Below are positions 38,580 to 50,565 of a DNA stretch of 64,000 nt, in pieces; position 1 is the first letter of the stretch; each line of letters opens with the position of its first letter. Below the pieces are notes generated by a model. The model was given only the letters and a program-made list of their open reading frames with translations, was not told the DNA's origin and ran no database searches. The DNA is from an uncultured Pseudomonadota bacterium (GTDB lineage Bacteria; Oederibacteriota; Muellerivitia; Muellerivitales; Muellerivitaceae): NCBI GenBank assembly GCA_963843375.1, contig CAWJKT010000008.1, positions 64,001-128,000 of the forward strand, given 5' to 3'. Position numbers and translations under genes: made by a program.

Positions 38580-40379
38580 TTAGTCTAAATAACCTTTCAA
38601 TTTTCGGCTTCGGGACGGGTGCCGAAGTTTCCGAAGTGCTTTCGCCTCGATTTGCCTTACTCGTTCACGGGTGACCTTGAAGGTATTGCCGACTTCTTCC
38701 AAGGTATGCGGGTATCCATCGTTCAACCCGAAGCGCATGCGCAAAACTTCCGCTTCCCTTTCCTTCAAGGTGTGGAGCACTTTCGAAATCTGCTCTTGTA
38801 GGAGCACGAAGGCGGCCGCATTGGCGGGGGAAATCACATCCTTGTCCTCGATGAAGTCGCCCAAATGGCTGTCCTTTTCCTCGCCGATTGGCGTTTCTAA
38901 TGAAATCGGTTCCTGGGCGATTTTGAGTATAGCCCGTACTTTCTCAACCGGCATTTCCAGTTTTTCGGCGATCTCGTCCGCCATGGGCTCTCTTCCTAAT
39001 TCTTGGACCAGGTCACGGGAAACCTTGATGGACTTGTTAATGGTTTCGATCATATGCACCGGTATACGGATGGTCCGGGCTTGATCCGCGATAGCGCGGG
39101 TGATGGCCTGGCGGATCCACCAAGTGGCGTAAGTGGAGAACTTATAGCCCCGGCGGTACTCGAATTTCTCGACCGCCCGCATCAGGCCAATATTACCTTC
39201 CTGGATCAGGTCCAGGAAAGGCAGTCCGCGGTTGGTGTATTTTTTGGCGATGGAAATAACCAAACGCAAGTTGGCTTCCACCAATTCCATGCGAGCATAA
39301 TAGGCTTCCCTTTCGCCGACACGAATACTTCTCATAAGGATTTTTAAATGCTCCCTGCCCGTCATGGCTTCTTTTTCTAACTTCTTGATGTGACGCCGGG
39401 CTTCGTCCCAAAATCGGGTCACACGGATAAAATTCTCGCCTTTCACCGCGCTCTTTTTCTCCAGCGGTTTGAGGTCGGAGTGGGCGCCATGTTTCAAGAG
39501 GCTGGGCAGTTTGATATAGGCTTCGGGGGTTAACTTCATTTGTTTTTCCTGCATATGCATGACATGTTCTTGCTCTTCAATTGACTCCCCATACTCGCGC
39601 AGACCGCCAATTAGTCGCTCCTTGACCTTCTTTTGGAATTGGCAGTCCTTCACCAGCCAGATCAGATCGATTAATTTGGCGTCCAACTGCTCCGCCAACT
39701 GTTTGCGCTTATCTTGATGAAGGGATTTTAAGACCACTTTATGCTGTAGGCCTTTGATTTGGCGCTCCAAGGATTTGAGTTTGGTTTGGTTTTTTCGGAG
39801 TTTGGTATAAATCTGTTTTTCCGGGATGCTGGGCATCTCGGTATAAGGGTCCAGGTCAACCGTTTCTTGAAGGGTTTTTCTTTTTTTCAGGATATCGTTA
39901 AAAAGGTCGTGTAGTTGTTGGAACCCAAGGGAACTACCCAAGACCGCTTTTTGTTCCTTGAACTCGCCAGCTTCAATACGCTTGGCGATGGAAATCTCCT
40001 CCTCGCGGGTGAGCAGGGGGATGCGACCCATCTCATGCAGGTACATCTTAACCGGGTCCCCCATGCGGGTTTCAACTCCGGCGGTTTCGAAAGATTTCTC
40101 AAACTCTTCCTCTTCTTCATCCTCGTCCTTGACGATCGCCCCTGGCACCTCAGCCCCGGCCTCCTTGTCGTCGTCGGGAATGGTGACGGCCTTTTCTTCC
40201 TGTTCAACGATTTTGATGTCGTTTTCACCTAGCATCAAAAGAATATCGTCTATCTCCTCAGAGGAAACAACTTCATCTGGAAGGATGTCATTCACCTGTT
40301 TATAGGTAATGTAGCCTTTCTCTTTACCAACCTCGAGGATCTTACTGACGTGTTCTTTCGCCTTGGACGCCGGTTTCAT
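38580..40379 (-). CDS. rpoD: RNA polymerase primary sigma factor
   Basis: [45 protein letters not shown]. Confidence 0.98.
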   Translation of the reverse strand: MKPASKAKEHVSKILEVGKEKGYITYKQVNDILPDEVVSSEEIDDILLMLGENDIKIVEQEEKAVTIPDDDKEAGAEVPGAIVKDEDEEEEEFEKSFETAGVETRMGDPVKMYLHEMGRIPLLTREEEISIAKRIEAGEFKEQKAVLGSSLGFQQLHDLFNDILKKRKTLQETVDLDPYTEMPSIPEKQIYTKLRKNQTKLKSLERQIKGLQHKVVLKSLHQDKRKQLAEQLDAKLIDLIWLVKDCQFQKKVKERLIGGLREYGESIEEQEHVMHMQEKQMKLTPEAYIKLPSLLKHGAHSDLKPLEKKSAVKGENFIRVTRFWDEARRHIKKLEKEAMTGREHLKILMRSIRVGEREAYYARMELVEANLRLVISIAKKYTNRGLPFLDLIQEGNIGLMRAVEKFEYRRGYKFSTYATWWIRQAITRAIADQARTIRIPVHMIETINKSIKVSRDLVQELGREPMADEIAEKLEMPVEKVRAILKIAQEPISLETPIGEEKDSHLGDFIEDKDVISPANAAAFVLLQEQISKVLHTLKEREAEVLRMRFGLNDGYPHTLEEVGNTFKVTRERVRQIEAKALRKLRHPSRSRKLKGYLD

Positions 40380-42175
40380 TTGGGTTCCGCCTCTTGCGAA
40401 GATTGCCGTTTTAAAACCATCATCTGCTGGGCCAACGACAGAGCCTCTTCCACCTCACCGGTTTTTTCGGCTTCCGTCTGCCGGCCCTTCAATTGAGCCA
40501 ATTGGCGCTTCAAGTGCCGCTTTTTCAAAGCCGTGACCAGGTCGATCAGCATGGCCTCCCGGTGCTTCTTTTCCGTCTCGTTCTCAATGCGGATGAAGGA
40601 TGATTCCAGGTCCGCAACTTGGTTTAATTCCTCCGGCTTCATCTCTCCTGAGCTGAGGCGTTCGAACAGTTGACGGAAGTCTTCCCTCTGGAAAACCTCC
40701 GGCGACAGTTCATTGACCGCCCAGGGAATGAAATCGCCCCTTTCCTCAGTTAGAAGCGCCAAAAAATCCGCCTCCATTTGTGAATCATTCTTGCCAGTTT
40801 CTTTTTGGGAAACCGCTGCTTTTTCATCCCCTGCGGGTTTCGGCTCGAATCCTGTCCCGGCGGGACGGCGGACGCCCTTTTTGCGTTCCGTATTCACGAT
40901 GGTCAAGAGGTCCCGGTTGTCCAACCCCAACTCAGACTCGATGGCCGAACAAGCGGCTTGGACCGAAACTTCGTCCGGGATCTGCAGGATCATGGGGACA
41001 AAACCGTGCAAAGCCCTCGTGCGTTCCTCCACCGGAACACCCTGGAATTTCTTTTTCAGGGAAACCGCCCACCAACGAAAAAAATCGGGCGATTTTTGGA
41101 TCAAGACCTCGAGTTCATCCTTCGTATGTTTGGTTAAATACTCGTCGGGATCCTTGGCGTCCGGCATCACCAGCACCCGGATATTAAGTCCCGCTTGGAC
41201 CAGGGGCTCGAAGCCTCTTAAAACCGCCGCCTGGCCCGCCGCATCCGTATCGTAAGAGAACACTACTTCTTTTGTATAGCGTTGTAGCAAACGTCCATGT
41301 TGAGACGTCAGGGCGGTTCCTAAAGTAGCAACAGCGTTCTCAAAACCGAAATGATGAAGAGCCAAGGCGTCGAAATAGCCTTCCACCACCAGCACGTAAC
41401 CTTTTTGCCGAATGGCCTCTCGGGCCATATCCAACAGGTACAAACATTCGCTTTTCTTGAAAAGAAGAGTTTCGGGAGAGTTGAGGTATTTGGGCCCCGA
41501 TTCGTCGTTTAATGTCCTGCCGCCGAAGGCAACGATTTTATCATAGTTGTTTTTTACGGGAAAGATCAGGCGATTCCTAAATTTATCGTAAAAACTCTTC
41601 TTTTCCTCATTGTGAACCACCAATCCGGCGGCAAGCATTTCCTCCTGGGAAAATCCCGCTTTTTGGCCTGCATTTTTAAGCGCATCCCAGCCTTCGGGGG
41701 CATAACCCATTTGATATTTCAAAGCGTCTTCTTTTGTAAAACCGCGGGCCTTGAAATATTCCCGGGCAATCTGGCCTTCGGCGGAAAGCAACCGTTCATG
41801 AAAAAATTGTCCGGCGAATTCGTTGAGTTCCTGCATCCGCTCCCGGACCCGGTCCGTTTCTTGGTCCCTTTTGTTTTCCTGGGGCTTGGGAAGAGTGATA
41901 TTCGCCTTGTCCGCCAACAGACGCAAAGTTTCGGGAAAGGGCATCTTTTCCATTTCCATGATGAAGGTAATGACGTTTCCACCTTTTCCGCAGCCAAAAC
42001 AATGGAAGCCATTGCGGGTGGGCGAAACCGTGAAACTGGGTGATTTTTCACTGTGGAATGGACAGAGCCCTTTGTAGCTGGTGCCGGATTTTTTCAAGGA
42101 TACGTATTCGCCAATGACCGAAACGATGTCGGTGGCTTCCTTGACCCGTTGGATGATTTCGTCGGAATACTTCAT
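40376..42175 (-). CDS. dnaG: DNA primase
   Basis: [33 protein letters not shown]. Confidence 0.97.
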   Translation of the reverse strand: MKYSDEIIQRVKEATDIVSVIGEYVSLKKSGTSYKGLCPFHSEKSPSFTVSPTRNGFHCFGCGKGGNVITFIMEMEKMPFPETLRLLADKANITLPKPQENKRDQETDRVRERMQELNEFAGQFFHERLLSAEGQIAREYFKARGFTKEDALKYQMGYAPEGWDALKNAGQKAGFSQEEMLAAGLVVHNEEKKSFYDKFRNRLIFPVKNNYDKIVAFGGRTLNDESGPKYLNSPETLLFKKSECLYLLDMAREAIRQKGYVLVVEGYFDALALHHFGFENAVATLGTALTSQHGRLLQRYTKEVVFSYDTDAAGQAAVLRGFEPLVQAGLNIRVLVMPDAKDPDEYLTKHTKDELEVLIQKSPDFFRWWAVSLKKKFQGVPVEERTRALHGFVPMILQIPDEVSVQAACSAIESELGLDNRDLLTIVNTERKKGVRRPAGTGFEPKPAGDEKAAVSQKETGKNDSQMEADFLALLTEERGDFIPWAVNELSPEVFQREDFRQLFERLSSGEMKPEELNQVADLESSFIRIENETEKKHREAMLIDLVTALKKRHLKRQLAQLKGRQTEAEKTGEVEEALSLAQQMMVLKRQSSQEAEPK

Positions 42176-42243
42176 AAAACCTCAAAAACCTGTTTAACCA
42201 CCAAGCCTTTTGCCGTGCGCAAAAATCACCTGGTTAAAATTTT

Positions 42244-44661
42244 CTACTTCTTAAATTTTATCACTGTCGCCCCAGCCCCACCTTGGGCCGGTTCGGCCAA
42301 AGCAAACTCTATTCCGGGATGAGCTGTTGGCAGGTGCTTGTGGATAGCTTCTTTCAGCGCGCCGGTTCCTTTTCCATGGATAATACGAACAAAGGGCAAG
42401 TTCACCAAGACTGCGTCATCCAGGAATTTGTCCAATTGGGTCAGAGCTTGGTCGACTAGTTTTCCGCGTAAATCCAATTCCAATTTTCCTTTTTCTTCCA
42501 GGGATCTCGAGCTCATGACACCGCTGGCTTGTGGCCGGATTCCGGAAACCGGCGGGGAAACATGGGTAACCCTCCCCAAGTCGGCCCATTTGCAGGAAAG
42601 CTTCATGCCATTATCCATCAAAATAACGGCCTCATATTTTTCTTCGTCGGCGCTCACGACTTTCACGTCACAATTGCCGGGTTTAAAGAAAACCGAATCC
42701 CCTTCCTTAACTTCGACCACTTCCACAATTTTCTTAACGGGTACTGGTTTGATATTCCTGAGCTTTTGGTTGACTTCCTGCCGAGCGGTTTTAATTTTCT
42801 CTTTGTTCACCTCGCCGCTCACGGGGGATTGGACACCCTGGATGAGGTGTTCCATTTTCCGCCGGGTATTCTTCAGCAGGCCTTCGGCCTCGACTTGGGC
42901 TTCTTTTTTAATTCGACGGGCCTCATCCTTCATTTGGCGTCGCGCCGTTAAAAGCTCCTGCTCAATTTTTTTAGCATTCTCCCTGAGCCTTTCGGACTCC
43001 TGCCGAGCCTTCTCCGCCGCTTGTTTTTCCTGACCCAGTTTGGCCAGCATTTCCGACAAATCCGCTTCACCCTGGGGCAAATGGGCCTTAGCCTTTTCCA
43101 AAATCTCTTCGTTAAAACCCAATTGGCGGGCCAAGGTCAAAGCATAGGACTGTCCCGGTATACCAGAAACGAGGCGAAAGGATGGTTGCCCAGTAGTTTC
43201 GTCGAATAGCATGGCCGCATTGGCCATTCCCTTTTCCTCCTGGGTCAGGAGTTTCAAAAGCGGCTGGTGGGTATTGGCCAAAACAAGGGTTCCTTTTTCT
43301 CGAAAGGTTTCCAAACAGGCCAGTCCCAAGGCACCCCCTTCGCGGGGATCCGTGCCGGCTCCCAGTTCATCCAGAAGAAAGAGGGTCTCAGGACCGCAAT
43401 GGTCGATCATTCTCTTCAACGCCTTCAACTTGGCGGCGTAAGTGCTCAGATGGTCGCTAAGGTTTTGCTCATCATCCAAATCGCTATCGAAATGTTTGAG
43501 AACCGGGATGGTGCTTTGCCCCCCAGCTAAAACGGGAAGGCCCGCCTGGACCATGGCGCAAACCAAGCCCAATGTTTTCAAAGCGACGGTTTTACCCCCG
43601 GCGTTCGGACCAGAAATCAGGATGACCAGGGTGCCTTCTTTAAATTCCACATCCAAGGGAATGACTTTTTCCCGGAATTTTTCGATGGCCTCCAAAGCCA
43701 AAAGAGGATGCCGAGCGTCCTTTAAATTCAAAGAAGATCCAGATTCGGGCCGTAAAAATTGGCCGTCGTAACGGGAGGCGAAAGTGGCCAAGACCCCATG
43801 GGCATCCACTTCGGCGCTGGCGATCAATGTTTCCTCCACCTCGTTGGCCTTGGCCAAGACGGCCCCCGTGGCTTCCCTTAATACTTTGCGAACTTCCTCA
43901 TCTTCCCTCAACAAGGCTTCCTTGATCCGGTTGTTGTTTTCAACAACATCACGGGGCTCCACGAAAAGCGTTGCGCCCGAAGCCGACATGCCATGAACGA
44001 AACCAGGTACCATGCTCTGATGGTCGCGTTTGATCGGCACAACTAAGCGCCCTTCCCTTTCGGTGACGATCTTTTCTTGAAGCGCCTCAGCCGTTTCGCT
44101 CTTTTGCAGGAAAGATTGGTAGAAATTTTGAACTTCGGTCTTCAAGTCCCGGAGCTGGTCACGGACGCTTTTCAATCCCGGAGAGGCCCCGTCCAGCACA
44201 TTCCCCTTCTCCGATATCATCGATTTCAATGTTTCTTTTAGTTCAGGTAAGGCATGTAGGCGGCCGAGCCATTCCTGGAAAACGGCGGTAACTTCGCCCT
44301 CTGACCCGAGGAATTGGCGAAGGCGAACGACTTCGGTGAGAAATTGCCCCAAAGAGGCTAGTTCCTCCCCTGATAGGACATCCCCTTTGTCTCGGGCTTT
44401 TTCAAAGGACTCGATAAAGAATTGAGAATCGGGTATGGCCGGAGCCTTTTGTTTGACCATGTGTTTCTCAAGTTCCTGGGTTTTCGAAATTCGGCTTTCG
44501 ATCAGGTCCATTTCAGTGGAGGGGGCAAAAACCCGCAGGAAATCCCGGCCCGCTGGCGTTTGGCAATGACTGGCGAGTTTTTCCAGCAGCTTGGGATATT
44601 CGACCGCTTTCAAGAAGTTTTTAACCATTTCGCTTTTCAAAACTTGATTCCTTTTCACCAC
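42244..44661 (-). CDS. mutS2: MutS2 (Smr-domain ATPase)
   Basis: SASGATLFVEP, SGPNAGGKT, DELGAGTDP, IIHGKGTG. Confidence 0.95.
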   Translation of the reverse strand: MVKRNQVLKSEMVKNFLKAVEYPKLLEKLASHCQTPAGRDFLRVFAPSTEMDLIESRISKTQELEKHMVKQKAPAIPDSQFFIESFEKARDKGDVLSGEELASLGQFLTEVVRLRQFLGSEGEVTAVFQEWLGRLHALPELKETLKSMISEKGNVLDGASPGLKSVRDQLRDLKTEVQNFYQSFLQKSETAEALQEKIVTEREGRLVVPIKRDHQSMVPGFVHGMSASGATLFVEPRDVVENNNRIKEALLREDEEVRKVLREATGAVLAKANEVEETLIASAEVDAHGVLATFASRYDGQFLRPESGSSLNLKDARHPLLALEAIEKFREKVIPLDVEFKEGTLVILISGPNAGGKTVALKTLGLVCAMVQAGLPVLAGGQSTIPVLKHFDSDLDDEQNLSDHLSTYAAKLKALKRMIDHCGPETLFLLDELGAGTDPREGGALGLACLETFREKGTLVLANTHQPLLKLLTQEEKGMANAAMLFDETTGQPSFRLVSGIPGQSYALTLARQLGFNEEILEKAKAHLPQGEADLSEMLAKLGQEKQAAEKARQESERLRENAKKIEQELLTARRQMKDEARRIKKEAQVEAEGLLKNTRRKMEHLIQGVQSPVSGEVNKEKIKTARQEVNQKLRNIKPVPVKKIVEVVEVKEGDSVFFKPGNCDVKVVSADEEKYEAVILMDNGMKLSCKWADLGRVTHVSPPVSGIRPQASGVMSSRSLEEKGKLELDLRGKLVDQALTQLDKFLDDAVLVNLPFVRIIHGKGTGALKEAIHKHLPTAHPGIEFALAEPAQGGAGATVIKFKK

Positions 44662-44695
44662 GAAGACAATGAGTTTTGTTTTTAAGCCGAAAGTC

Positions 44696-45356
44696 CTACA
44701 AGCTTTCTGCGCAACTCAGTTCTTTTGTAGTTTGTGTTTTTAATTTCTTTTTCATTCCCGAAGAGGGCCGGTCCATTCCCGGTTTCACCGAAATATAAGG
44801 ATTTCCTTTAAGGTAAAACCGAAGCGGAAGCGCCGAACCATTCGTAATTCCAATACGGGTAGTCACTCCTACCGCTTCTTCTCTTTTTGCTTTTTTAAGG
44901 TAAAGGGGCTTTTTCCACAAGGGTATTTTATTGTGACGTTCGATTAATTCCCAAGGCTTGGACCAATTTTCCAGGACCATTGGTAAGAGATATGTCTTTT
45001 GGACCGAACTTCCCGCGACGCCGGGACATGCGGTCCATCCCTCTCACTGGTTCCAGTGACCGGATCAAAACCGCCCCCGGGGTCCCTTCTTTTTCAGTTA
45101 CCACATTGAACATAAAGTGGTTCCCATAACAAAAATAGACATAGGAATAACCAGCGGGACCAAACATGACGGCATTACGAGGGGTTATTCCCCTAGCGGC
45201 GTGGCATCCTGGATCATTTTTAGGAAGGTAGGCCTCGACTTCTACGATACGGCCCGCAACAGGCCCGTCCGAAGTCTCATGAATGAGGATTTGGCCCAAA
45301 AGATCTTTGGCCACCTGGACAGTTGAACGGGAATAGAAGGATTTAGAAAGAATCAT
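44696..45356 (-). CDS. mpg: 3-methyladenine DNA glycosylase (MPG/AAG family), frameshift near 44945
   Basis: GRIVEVEAY, YVYFCYG, AVLIR, NGPGKL; RIGIT...LRFY in next frame. Confidence 0.85.
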
Positions 45357-45475
45357 TTGATTCCAGTGGGGACGGTCTTATTCAGAACCAACCCGGTGTT
45401 GTTCCACCGACTTTGAGCCGATGGTTTTGGCCGTTAACTTAAGCTAACCGCCGACAAAAATTTACCCTGCTAAAA

Positions 45476-45928
45476 TTAACCGAGTTTCGACTTAACGAGT
45501 CCGGAAACCTTTCCCATGTCGGCTCGGCCCTTGATCTTGGGAGTAAGTATCCCCATCACCTTTCCCATATCCTTGGGACCGGCCGCTCCAGAGGACTTGA
45601 TGGCCTCCTCGATCAACCTCGACAACTCGTCCTCCGACAAGGAGGCGGGTAGGTATTTTTCGATCAATATTAATTCAGCTTTCTCCTTGGCGGCCATTTC
45701 GGTCCTGCCACCTTTTTCAAAACCTTCAATGGATTCTTTACGTTGTTTAGCCTGTTTGGAAAGAACCTCGATGACTTCTTCGTCTTTTACTTCGCGCTTT
45801 AAGTCCACTTCTTTGTATTTTATGGCGGATTTCAACATTCGAAGGGCGGAGGTCGACGCTTCATCCTTAGCCTTCATGGAGGTTATAAGATCGGCATTGA
45901 TTTTGTCGAAAATAGGTGACGCGCTCAA
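45476..45928 (-). CDS. yqeY: GatB/YqeY domain protein
   Basis: MKAKD, KQRKESI, YLP, DMGKVMG. Confidence 0.92.
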   Translation of the reverse strand: MSASPIFDKINADLITSMKAKDEASTSALRMLKSAIKYKEVDLKREVKDEEVIEVLSKQAKQRKESIEGFEKGGRTEMAAKEKAELILIEKYLPASLSEDELSRLIEEAIKSSGAAGPKDMGKVMGILTPKIKGRADMGKVSGLVKSKLG

Positions 45929-45958
45929 ATCAATCCTCCAAAGGGAGTTGGGTTAAGA

Positions 45959-45990
45959 AAAAAGCCCGTCTCTTGTCGAGGCGGGCTTTT
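45959..45990 (-). terminator. Terminator after rpsU
   Basis: AAAAGCCCG..TC/GA..CGGGCTTTT hairpin. Confidence 0.6.
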
Positions 45991-46004
45991 GGGGTCCATG
46001 CTGC

Positions 46005-46214
46005 TTAATCGCGGCTAAACTTCATTTGGCGGCGGCGCGCTTTTTTGCGGGCGGCTGCCTCGCGCTTTTTGCGGCGTTCGCTGGGCTTCTCGTAAAATTC
46101 ACGCTTTTTCATTTCCGAGATAAGCCCTGAATTTTGAACAACCTTTTTGAAACGCTTTAAGGCGTTTTCGATAGGCTCGTTTTCTTCCAATCGGACTTCG
46201 ACCAATGTGGTCAC
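46005..46214 (-). CDS. rpsU: 30S ribosomal protein S21
   Basis: ENALKRFKK, KREFYEKPSERRK. Confidence 0.95.
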   Translation of the reverse strand: MTTLVEVRLEENEPIENALKRFKKVVQNSGLISEMKKREFYEKPSERRKKREAAARKKARRRQMKFSRD

Positions 46215-46342
46215 GCTCCCCTCTATGGGTGGAATGAGAAATACCCTTTCGGCCATGGGGCCTTCAGGGAGGAGGAGTTTAATGCTTAGGAGAGTCCCTC
46301 GTCAAGCAAGAGGAAAAGAGTGTTTTGGGGGTTATTTAGGGG

Positions 46343-46684
46343 TTAACCGGGAGGCCAAGCCATAAAACGCCCCCCTAAAAGATGAAGATGAAGGTGATAG
46401 ACAGTCTGACCGCCATTATCCCCTTGATTAATAACTAAACGGTAACCCTCTTGAAGGTTCAACTGGCGGGCCACTTGAATGGCCCGTCCCGTCAGGAGGG
46501 AAACCAGAGGATTCTCTGGGGGAATGTCCTCGACCGTTTCAATATGCGACTTGGGGATAACCAATATATGGATCGGTGCCGCGGGATGAATATCATGAAA
46601 CGCTAGTACGTGGTCATCCTCATAAACCACATTCGAAGGTATTTCCTTCCGAATAATTTTGCAAAAAACACAATGATCGCCCAT
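46343..46684 (-). CDS. HIT family nucleotide-binding protein
   Basis: CVFCKI, GQTVYHLHLH, WPPG. Confidence 0.93.
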   Translation of the reverse strand: MGDHCVFCKIIRKEIPSNVVYEDDHVLAFHDIHPAAPIHILVIPKSHIETVEDIPPENPLVSLLTGRAIQVARQLNLQEGYRLVINQGDNGGQTVYHLHLHLLGGRFMAWPPG

Positions 46685-46792
46685 GGTCCGACCCCCATTT
46701 GGCTTGTTTGCGCTTTAAACAACTTTTAATATACACCCGGTTCTTTAGATTTTCCTTCTTTTCCTTCCTATCAAAAAAGTTAAGGACTTCTC

Positions 46793-47458
46793 ATGGTGAA
46801 AGTTAAAAGGCTATGGCCAACTCTCGGGATGTTCTTCACGGCTCTTATGGTAACGGCTTCATCAGGCGCTCAGATTTTTTCTTTGGAACTATTGCCCGGA
46901 TCCGCTTACAACTTCCCCACACCCTTAACCGTTCGTCAAACAGGTTATCCCGATATCCACCTCATGGCCGACTATGCGACCGAACCTTTCGGGCCCTTCA
47001 CTCCCTACTACGCCTGGCGGGCGGCGCTTTGGGATAAAAACGAAGCCTGGGAATTCGAGCAAGTTCACCACCGCCTTTTCCTTACCAATCCTCCCCCCGA
47101 AATTCAGGTTTTCGCCATCCATTTTGGTTACAACTATTTTCTTTTGGGCCACGCCTGGAAACGCGGGGATTTCATTTTGCATGCAGACGCGGGAATCCTG
47201 ATTACCAATCCTCAAAACACCGTTCGGGGACAGGTTCTTCGAACTGTCGGGACCGGAATTTTCGATGATGGTTACAATTTTTCGGGAGTTGGCGCCCAGG
47301 TGGCTCTCAGCCGGGATTTTTATTTCGCAAAAAACTTTTTCTTGATTCTGGACGTCGGGTTGATGGCCGGTTGGGCTACCGTTCCCGTCTCCAATGGTTC
47401 GGCGGATGTCCCCAACATTTCCATTCATGGACATTTGGGACCCGGTTTCAGTTTTTAA
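46793..47458 (+). CDS. Putative outer-membrane beta-barrel protein
   Basis: Signal peptide, alternating aromatic strands, C-terminal F. Confidence 0.6.
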   Translation: MVKVKRLWPTLGMFFTALMVTASSGAQIFSLELLPGSAYNFPTPLTVRQTGYPDIHLMADYATEPFGPFTPYYAWRAALWDKNEAWEFEQVHHRLFLTNPPPEIQVFAIHFGYNYFLLGHAWKRGDFILHADAGILITNPQNTVRGQVLRTVGTGIFDDGYNFSGVGAQVALSRDFYFAKNFFLILDVGLMAGWATVPVSNGSADVPNISIHGHLGPGFSF

Positions 47459-47508
47459 TATCAAACAAACCACCAAAAAGCTCTGGGGCGGCGGGGGACT
47501 GATTCCAC

Positions 47509-48153
47509 TTAATTTTTATAGAGATAAACCGTCATATCCTCCGGTAAATAACCTTTTAATATTTTATATTTTTCGCCGGACCATCGGCGGGCTCTTTCTT
47601 CCAATTCCCCTGGATGGGCATAGAAAAGATCGGAGTCCGGCCACCCCGCCTCAAGGTTTAATAAACTGAAGGCCATGCCTTCTCGGGTGAATTCCAGGCT
47701 TTGTTTCACCATCTGTTCGATCCAAGCCCAGTTATCCTTCACCTTGTGGTTGAAAACACCATTGACGAAGACATAGTCCCATTTTTCAGTGGGGGGATGA
47801 TGGAGAATATCCTTTTTCTCGAAATGGGCTTCCGGGAATCGTTTGCGAGCCCCCCTTACCATGAGATCTAGGATATCGATTCCGGTGTATTCGCCCTTCC
47901 AGCCTCGGTCCTTCAAGAACCCGTAAAAACACCCCAGCCCACAGCCCAGATCCAAAATTTTTTTATTTTGAAGGTCGCCGATATCGGCCAAGGCGCGGAA
48001 CCGGAGTTCTTGGTTCTGGCGGGTCCGCCAGCCCACTTTATTTTCGGGAAGGTCATAATTCCATGAACGAAAGAGATAAAAAAAATGGATGTAAAGACGG
48101 TCGTAAAGGGTTAAGGGCTGGTCCAAAGGCTCAGACCCATTCCGCAAGGGCAA
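47509..48153 (-). CDS. Class I SAM-dependent methyltransferase
   Basis: ILDLGCGLG, YTGIDI. Confidence 0.85.
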   Translation of the reverse strand: MPLRNGSEPLDQPLTLYDRLYIHFFYLFRSWNYDLPENKVGWRTRQNQELRFRALADIGDLQNKKILDLGCGLGCFYGFLKDRGWKGEYTGIDILDLMVRGARKRFPEAHFEKKDILHHPPTEKWDYVFVNGVFNHKVKDNWAWIEQMVKQSLEFTREGMAFSLLNLEAGWPDSDLFYAHPGELEERARRWSGEKYKILKGYLPEDMTVYLYKN

Positions 48154-49453
48154 TCCCAGCCTGGACGCCCGTCATTCGAATCCTGGTTTCTTTTCCCAAC
48201 CACCCCTCTTTGCGGGGAAAATAAGCCCTTAATCCTTCATCCGTGAGGCCGGCTTGTTGATCCTGGTTATGCCGCTCCACGATCACGCGGTATTCCCGAC
48301 CTTGGGCTTTTTGAGCCGAACGGTCCAGACATTCTTTTTTTAAATCTCTCAAACGATTCATTCGTTCGCGAATAACCGCCGGTTTTACTTTCGGGTTCAT
48401 CTTTTCACCCGGCGTATCCGGCCGGTTCGAATAGGGAAAGGGGTGAAAATCAACATAATCAAACTCGCGGATCCGGCGGAGGGTGTTTTCGAAGGCCTCA
48501 TTCGTCTCTCCAGGAAAACCCGCGATAATATCGGAGGTCAATCCGACCCTAGACGTTGCCCTTCTTACCTTTTCAACCGTTTTTCGGTAATGATCTAAAG
48601 TGTAAGGTCGTCTCATGGCTTTCAAAATTCCCTCATCGCCGCTTTGAAGGGGTAAATGAAGATGGGCGCAAAACCCCTGGCTGGATCGCCACAAGGGTAA
48701 CAGGGCGTCTTCAAAATCCACAACCGCATAAGAGGATAATCGCACCCGTTGAATTCCAGGAATCGCCAGTAAATCCTCAACGATTGGAGCTAATCGGGCG
48801 TCCTCAGGTCGCAAACCCCAATCCCTTCCATAAGACGACAATTGAATACCTGCCAGGACCAATTCCTTGATGCCGTTTTGAGCGAGTTTCTTTCCTTCTT
48901 CCACGATCTCAAGTCTGGGCCGCGAAATCATCGAACCCCGAACCCGGGGAATCAAGCAGAAGGAACAACCAAAGTGACAGCCATCTTGTACTTTGATCGT
49001 AGCCCTCTGGTGCCCGTCAAACCGGGATATGCCGCCACCCCAGGGTGAAGGTTCTTCCAAGACTTCATCTGGCAGTGGATTTAAGGACAAATAGGAGGAA
49101 ACGATTTTTTTAAGCAGAGTCGACTTGCCAGTGTTGCCCACAACCAGATTGACGCCCGAAAGACTCGCAATCTCTTCCGGCCGATCTTGGGCTAGACAAC
49201 CGGTCACCACAACAAAAGAATCCGGATTCCTGGCCTTGGCTCGACGCACTAATTGTTTGCCCTCAGCATCCGCCGCGGCCGTTACCGTGCAGGTGTTGAT
49301 GACATAGATATCCGCCGGTTCCTCAAAAGGTACAGTTTGGAAATGAGCTTTTTCCACTTGTTCTTTCATTGCCTGGGTATCGTATTGGTTGACCCGACAA
49401 CCTAGCGTGGTAAAGGCGATTTTAGTTTTGATTTCCAAAAAAGAATCGCTCAT
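48131..49453 (-). CDS. mtaB: tRNA t6A37 methylthiotransferase
   Basis: TLGCRVNQYD, INTCTVT, QDGCHFGCSFC, HLPLQSG. Confidence 0.9.
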   Translation of the reverse strand: MSDSFLEIKTKIAFTTLGCRVNQYDTQAMKEQVEKAHFQTVPFEEPADIYVINTCTVTAAADAEGKQLVRRAKARNPDSFVVVTGCLAQDRPEEIASLSGVNLVVGNTGKSTLLKKIVSSYLSLNPLPDEVLEEPSPWGGGISRFDGHQRATIKVQDGCHFGCSFCLIPRVRGSMISRPRLEIVEEGKKLAQNGIKELVLAGIQLSSYGRDWGLRPEDARLAPIVEDLLAIPGIQRVRLSSYAVVDFEDALLPLWRSSQGFCAHLHLPLQSGDEGILKAMRRPYTLDHYRKTVEKVRRATSRVGLTSDIIAGFPGETNEAFENTLRRIREFDYVDFHPFPYSNRPDTPGEKMNPKVKPAVIRERMNRLRDLKKECLDRSAQKAQGREYRVIVERHNQDQQAGLTDEGLRAYFPRKEGWLGKETRIRMTGVQAGIALAEWV

Positions 49454-50565
49454 GTTCCTCCGTTGCTTCCGTTTTCTTTTTTATTGACGCTAATTCCCAC
49501 ATCAAAAGGAACAAAAGCCTCCAACCGGAAGGAATTGGCCCAGTAAGCGTCAATCCAATGGGAACGCAGTTCAAAATCGAAGGTTACGCCGTTTTCAATC
49601 TGGACAAACCGGCGCAATCCCAACTCCTCGTAGGTCCGGTTGGACTCGTAATAAACTCCATCCGCGCCCAGGGAATTATAATTGGAGTCCCCTTCTTCCG
49701 ACATATAGTTCTTGCCGAACCATGAAATTCCGAAAAACTGCCATCGGTCGTCGGGAGAAACGATAATTTTAGTATAAAGTCCCTCGCCATAAGTGGGGCC
49801 CGGATACCCAGGTATATTGCTTTCCTTACTCCCTAACCCGAAAATTTCTAGGGAACTGGAACCCAGAACCGGCAGATGAGGTTTGAAAGCCAGTCCCAAA
49901 CCGGTCGCCAAGTTGTTGAGAACAAGGCCATCCGTGTTGGCTCCGCCGATGTGGTAACCATGGCACTGACCTTCCAAAAGGATCCCCGGAATCAGAGGAA
50001 GTTCGCTGGAACCCCCATAATCAAAAATTTCTCGGTCCACATCCGTCAGTACCTGCTGCCAGTTGAGGAAAGAATCCAGGTTGATGAAATGATCCTTTTG
50101 GACCCATTCCATCCCATATTCGATAGGCCGGGTCAGTTCCAGGGTAGTGACTTCCATGGGTTCTATCAAACCATGTCGGTAAACAGGCTGAAGGGTTCCA
50201 AAAATGAATTGGGAAACATCCGTATGATAGACAAAAGAAAGAATTGGTTGGACATCGGTTTCTACCTCTTGGGCGCTAGGATGGTTGACGAATAAACCAC
50301 CCCAAAGGTCGACGTGGTCGGAAACGAAGCCATCCAAATAACTTTCAAACTGTTGGCCCAGGATCGTTTCCCTCACCCGGAAGGGCTCGTAAAATTCGGT
50401 ATTATCCCCATAAAAGGTAAATTGGTTTTTCCAATTTAATTCCCCGGGCCCTGTAATCGGGGCCAAAGCGGTGTGCTCCATCCACTCAGGGTCTTGGGCC
50501 CAAACCGACCCAACTGTTGCCAATAGGCAAAAAAACGTCAACCGTGCGATAAAACTAATACCCAT
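49450..50565 (-). CDS. Putative outer-membrane beta-barrel protein (paralog of next gene)
   Basis: Signal peptide; shares TFYGD, GQQ, EPxEVTTLExTRPxEYG, EGDxNYNS with 50555-51625. Confidence 0.65.
   Translation of the reverse strand: MGISFIARLTFFCLLATVGSVWAQDPEWMEHTALAPITGPGELNWKNQFTFYGDNTEFYEPFRVRETILGQQFESYLDGFVSDHVDLWGGLFVNHPSAQEVETDVQPILSFVYHTDVSQFIFGTLQPVYRHGLIEPMEVTTLELTRPIEYGMEWVQKDHFINLDSFLNWQQVLTDVDREIFDYGGSSELPLIPGILLEGQCHGYHIGGANTDGLVLNNLATGLGLAFKPHLPVLGSSSLEIFGLGSKESNIPGYPGPTYGEGLYTKIIVSPDDRWQFFGISWFGKNYMSEEGDSNYNSLGADGVYYESNRTYEELGLRRFVQIENGVTFDFELRSHWIDAYWANSFRLEAFVPFDVGISVNKKENGSNGGT

Noticed and set aside
42338..43996. Numerous plus-strand ORFs opposite mutS2 (and similar shadows opposite other genes)
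   Set aside because: Antisense shadows of well-supported genes with no motifs of their own.
45361..45470. Possible riboswitch between yqeY and mpg
   Set aside because: Only short alternative hairpins; no recognisable aptamer consensus.
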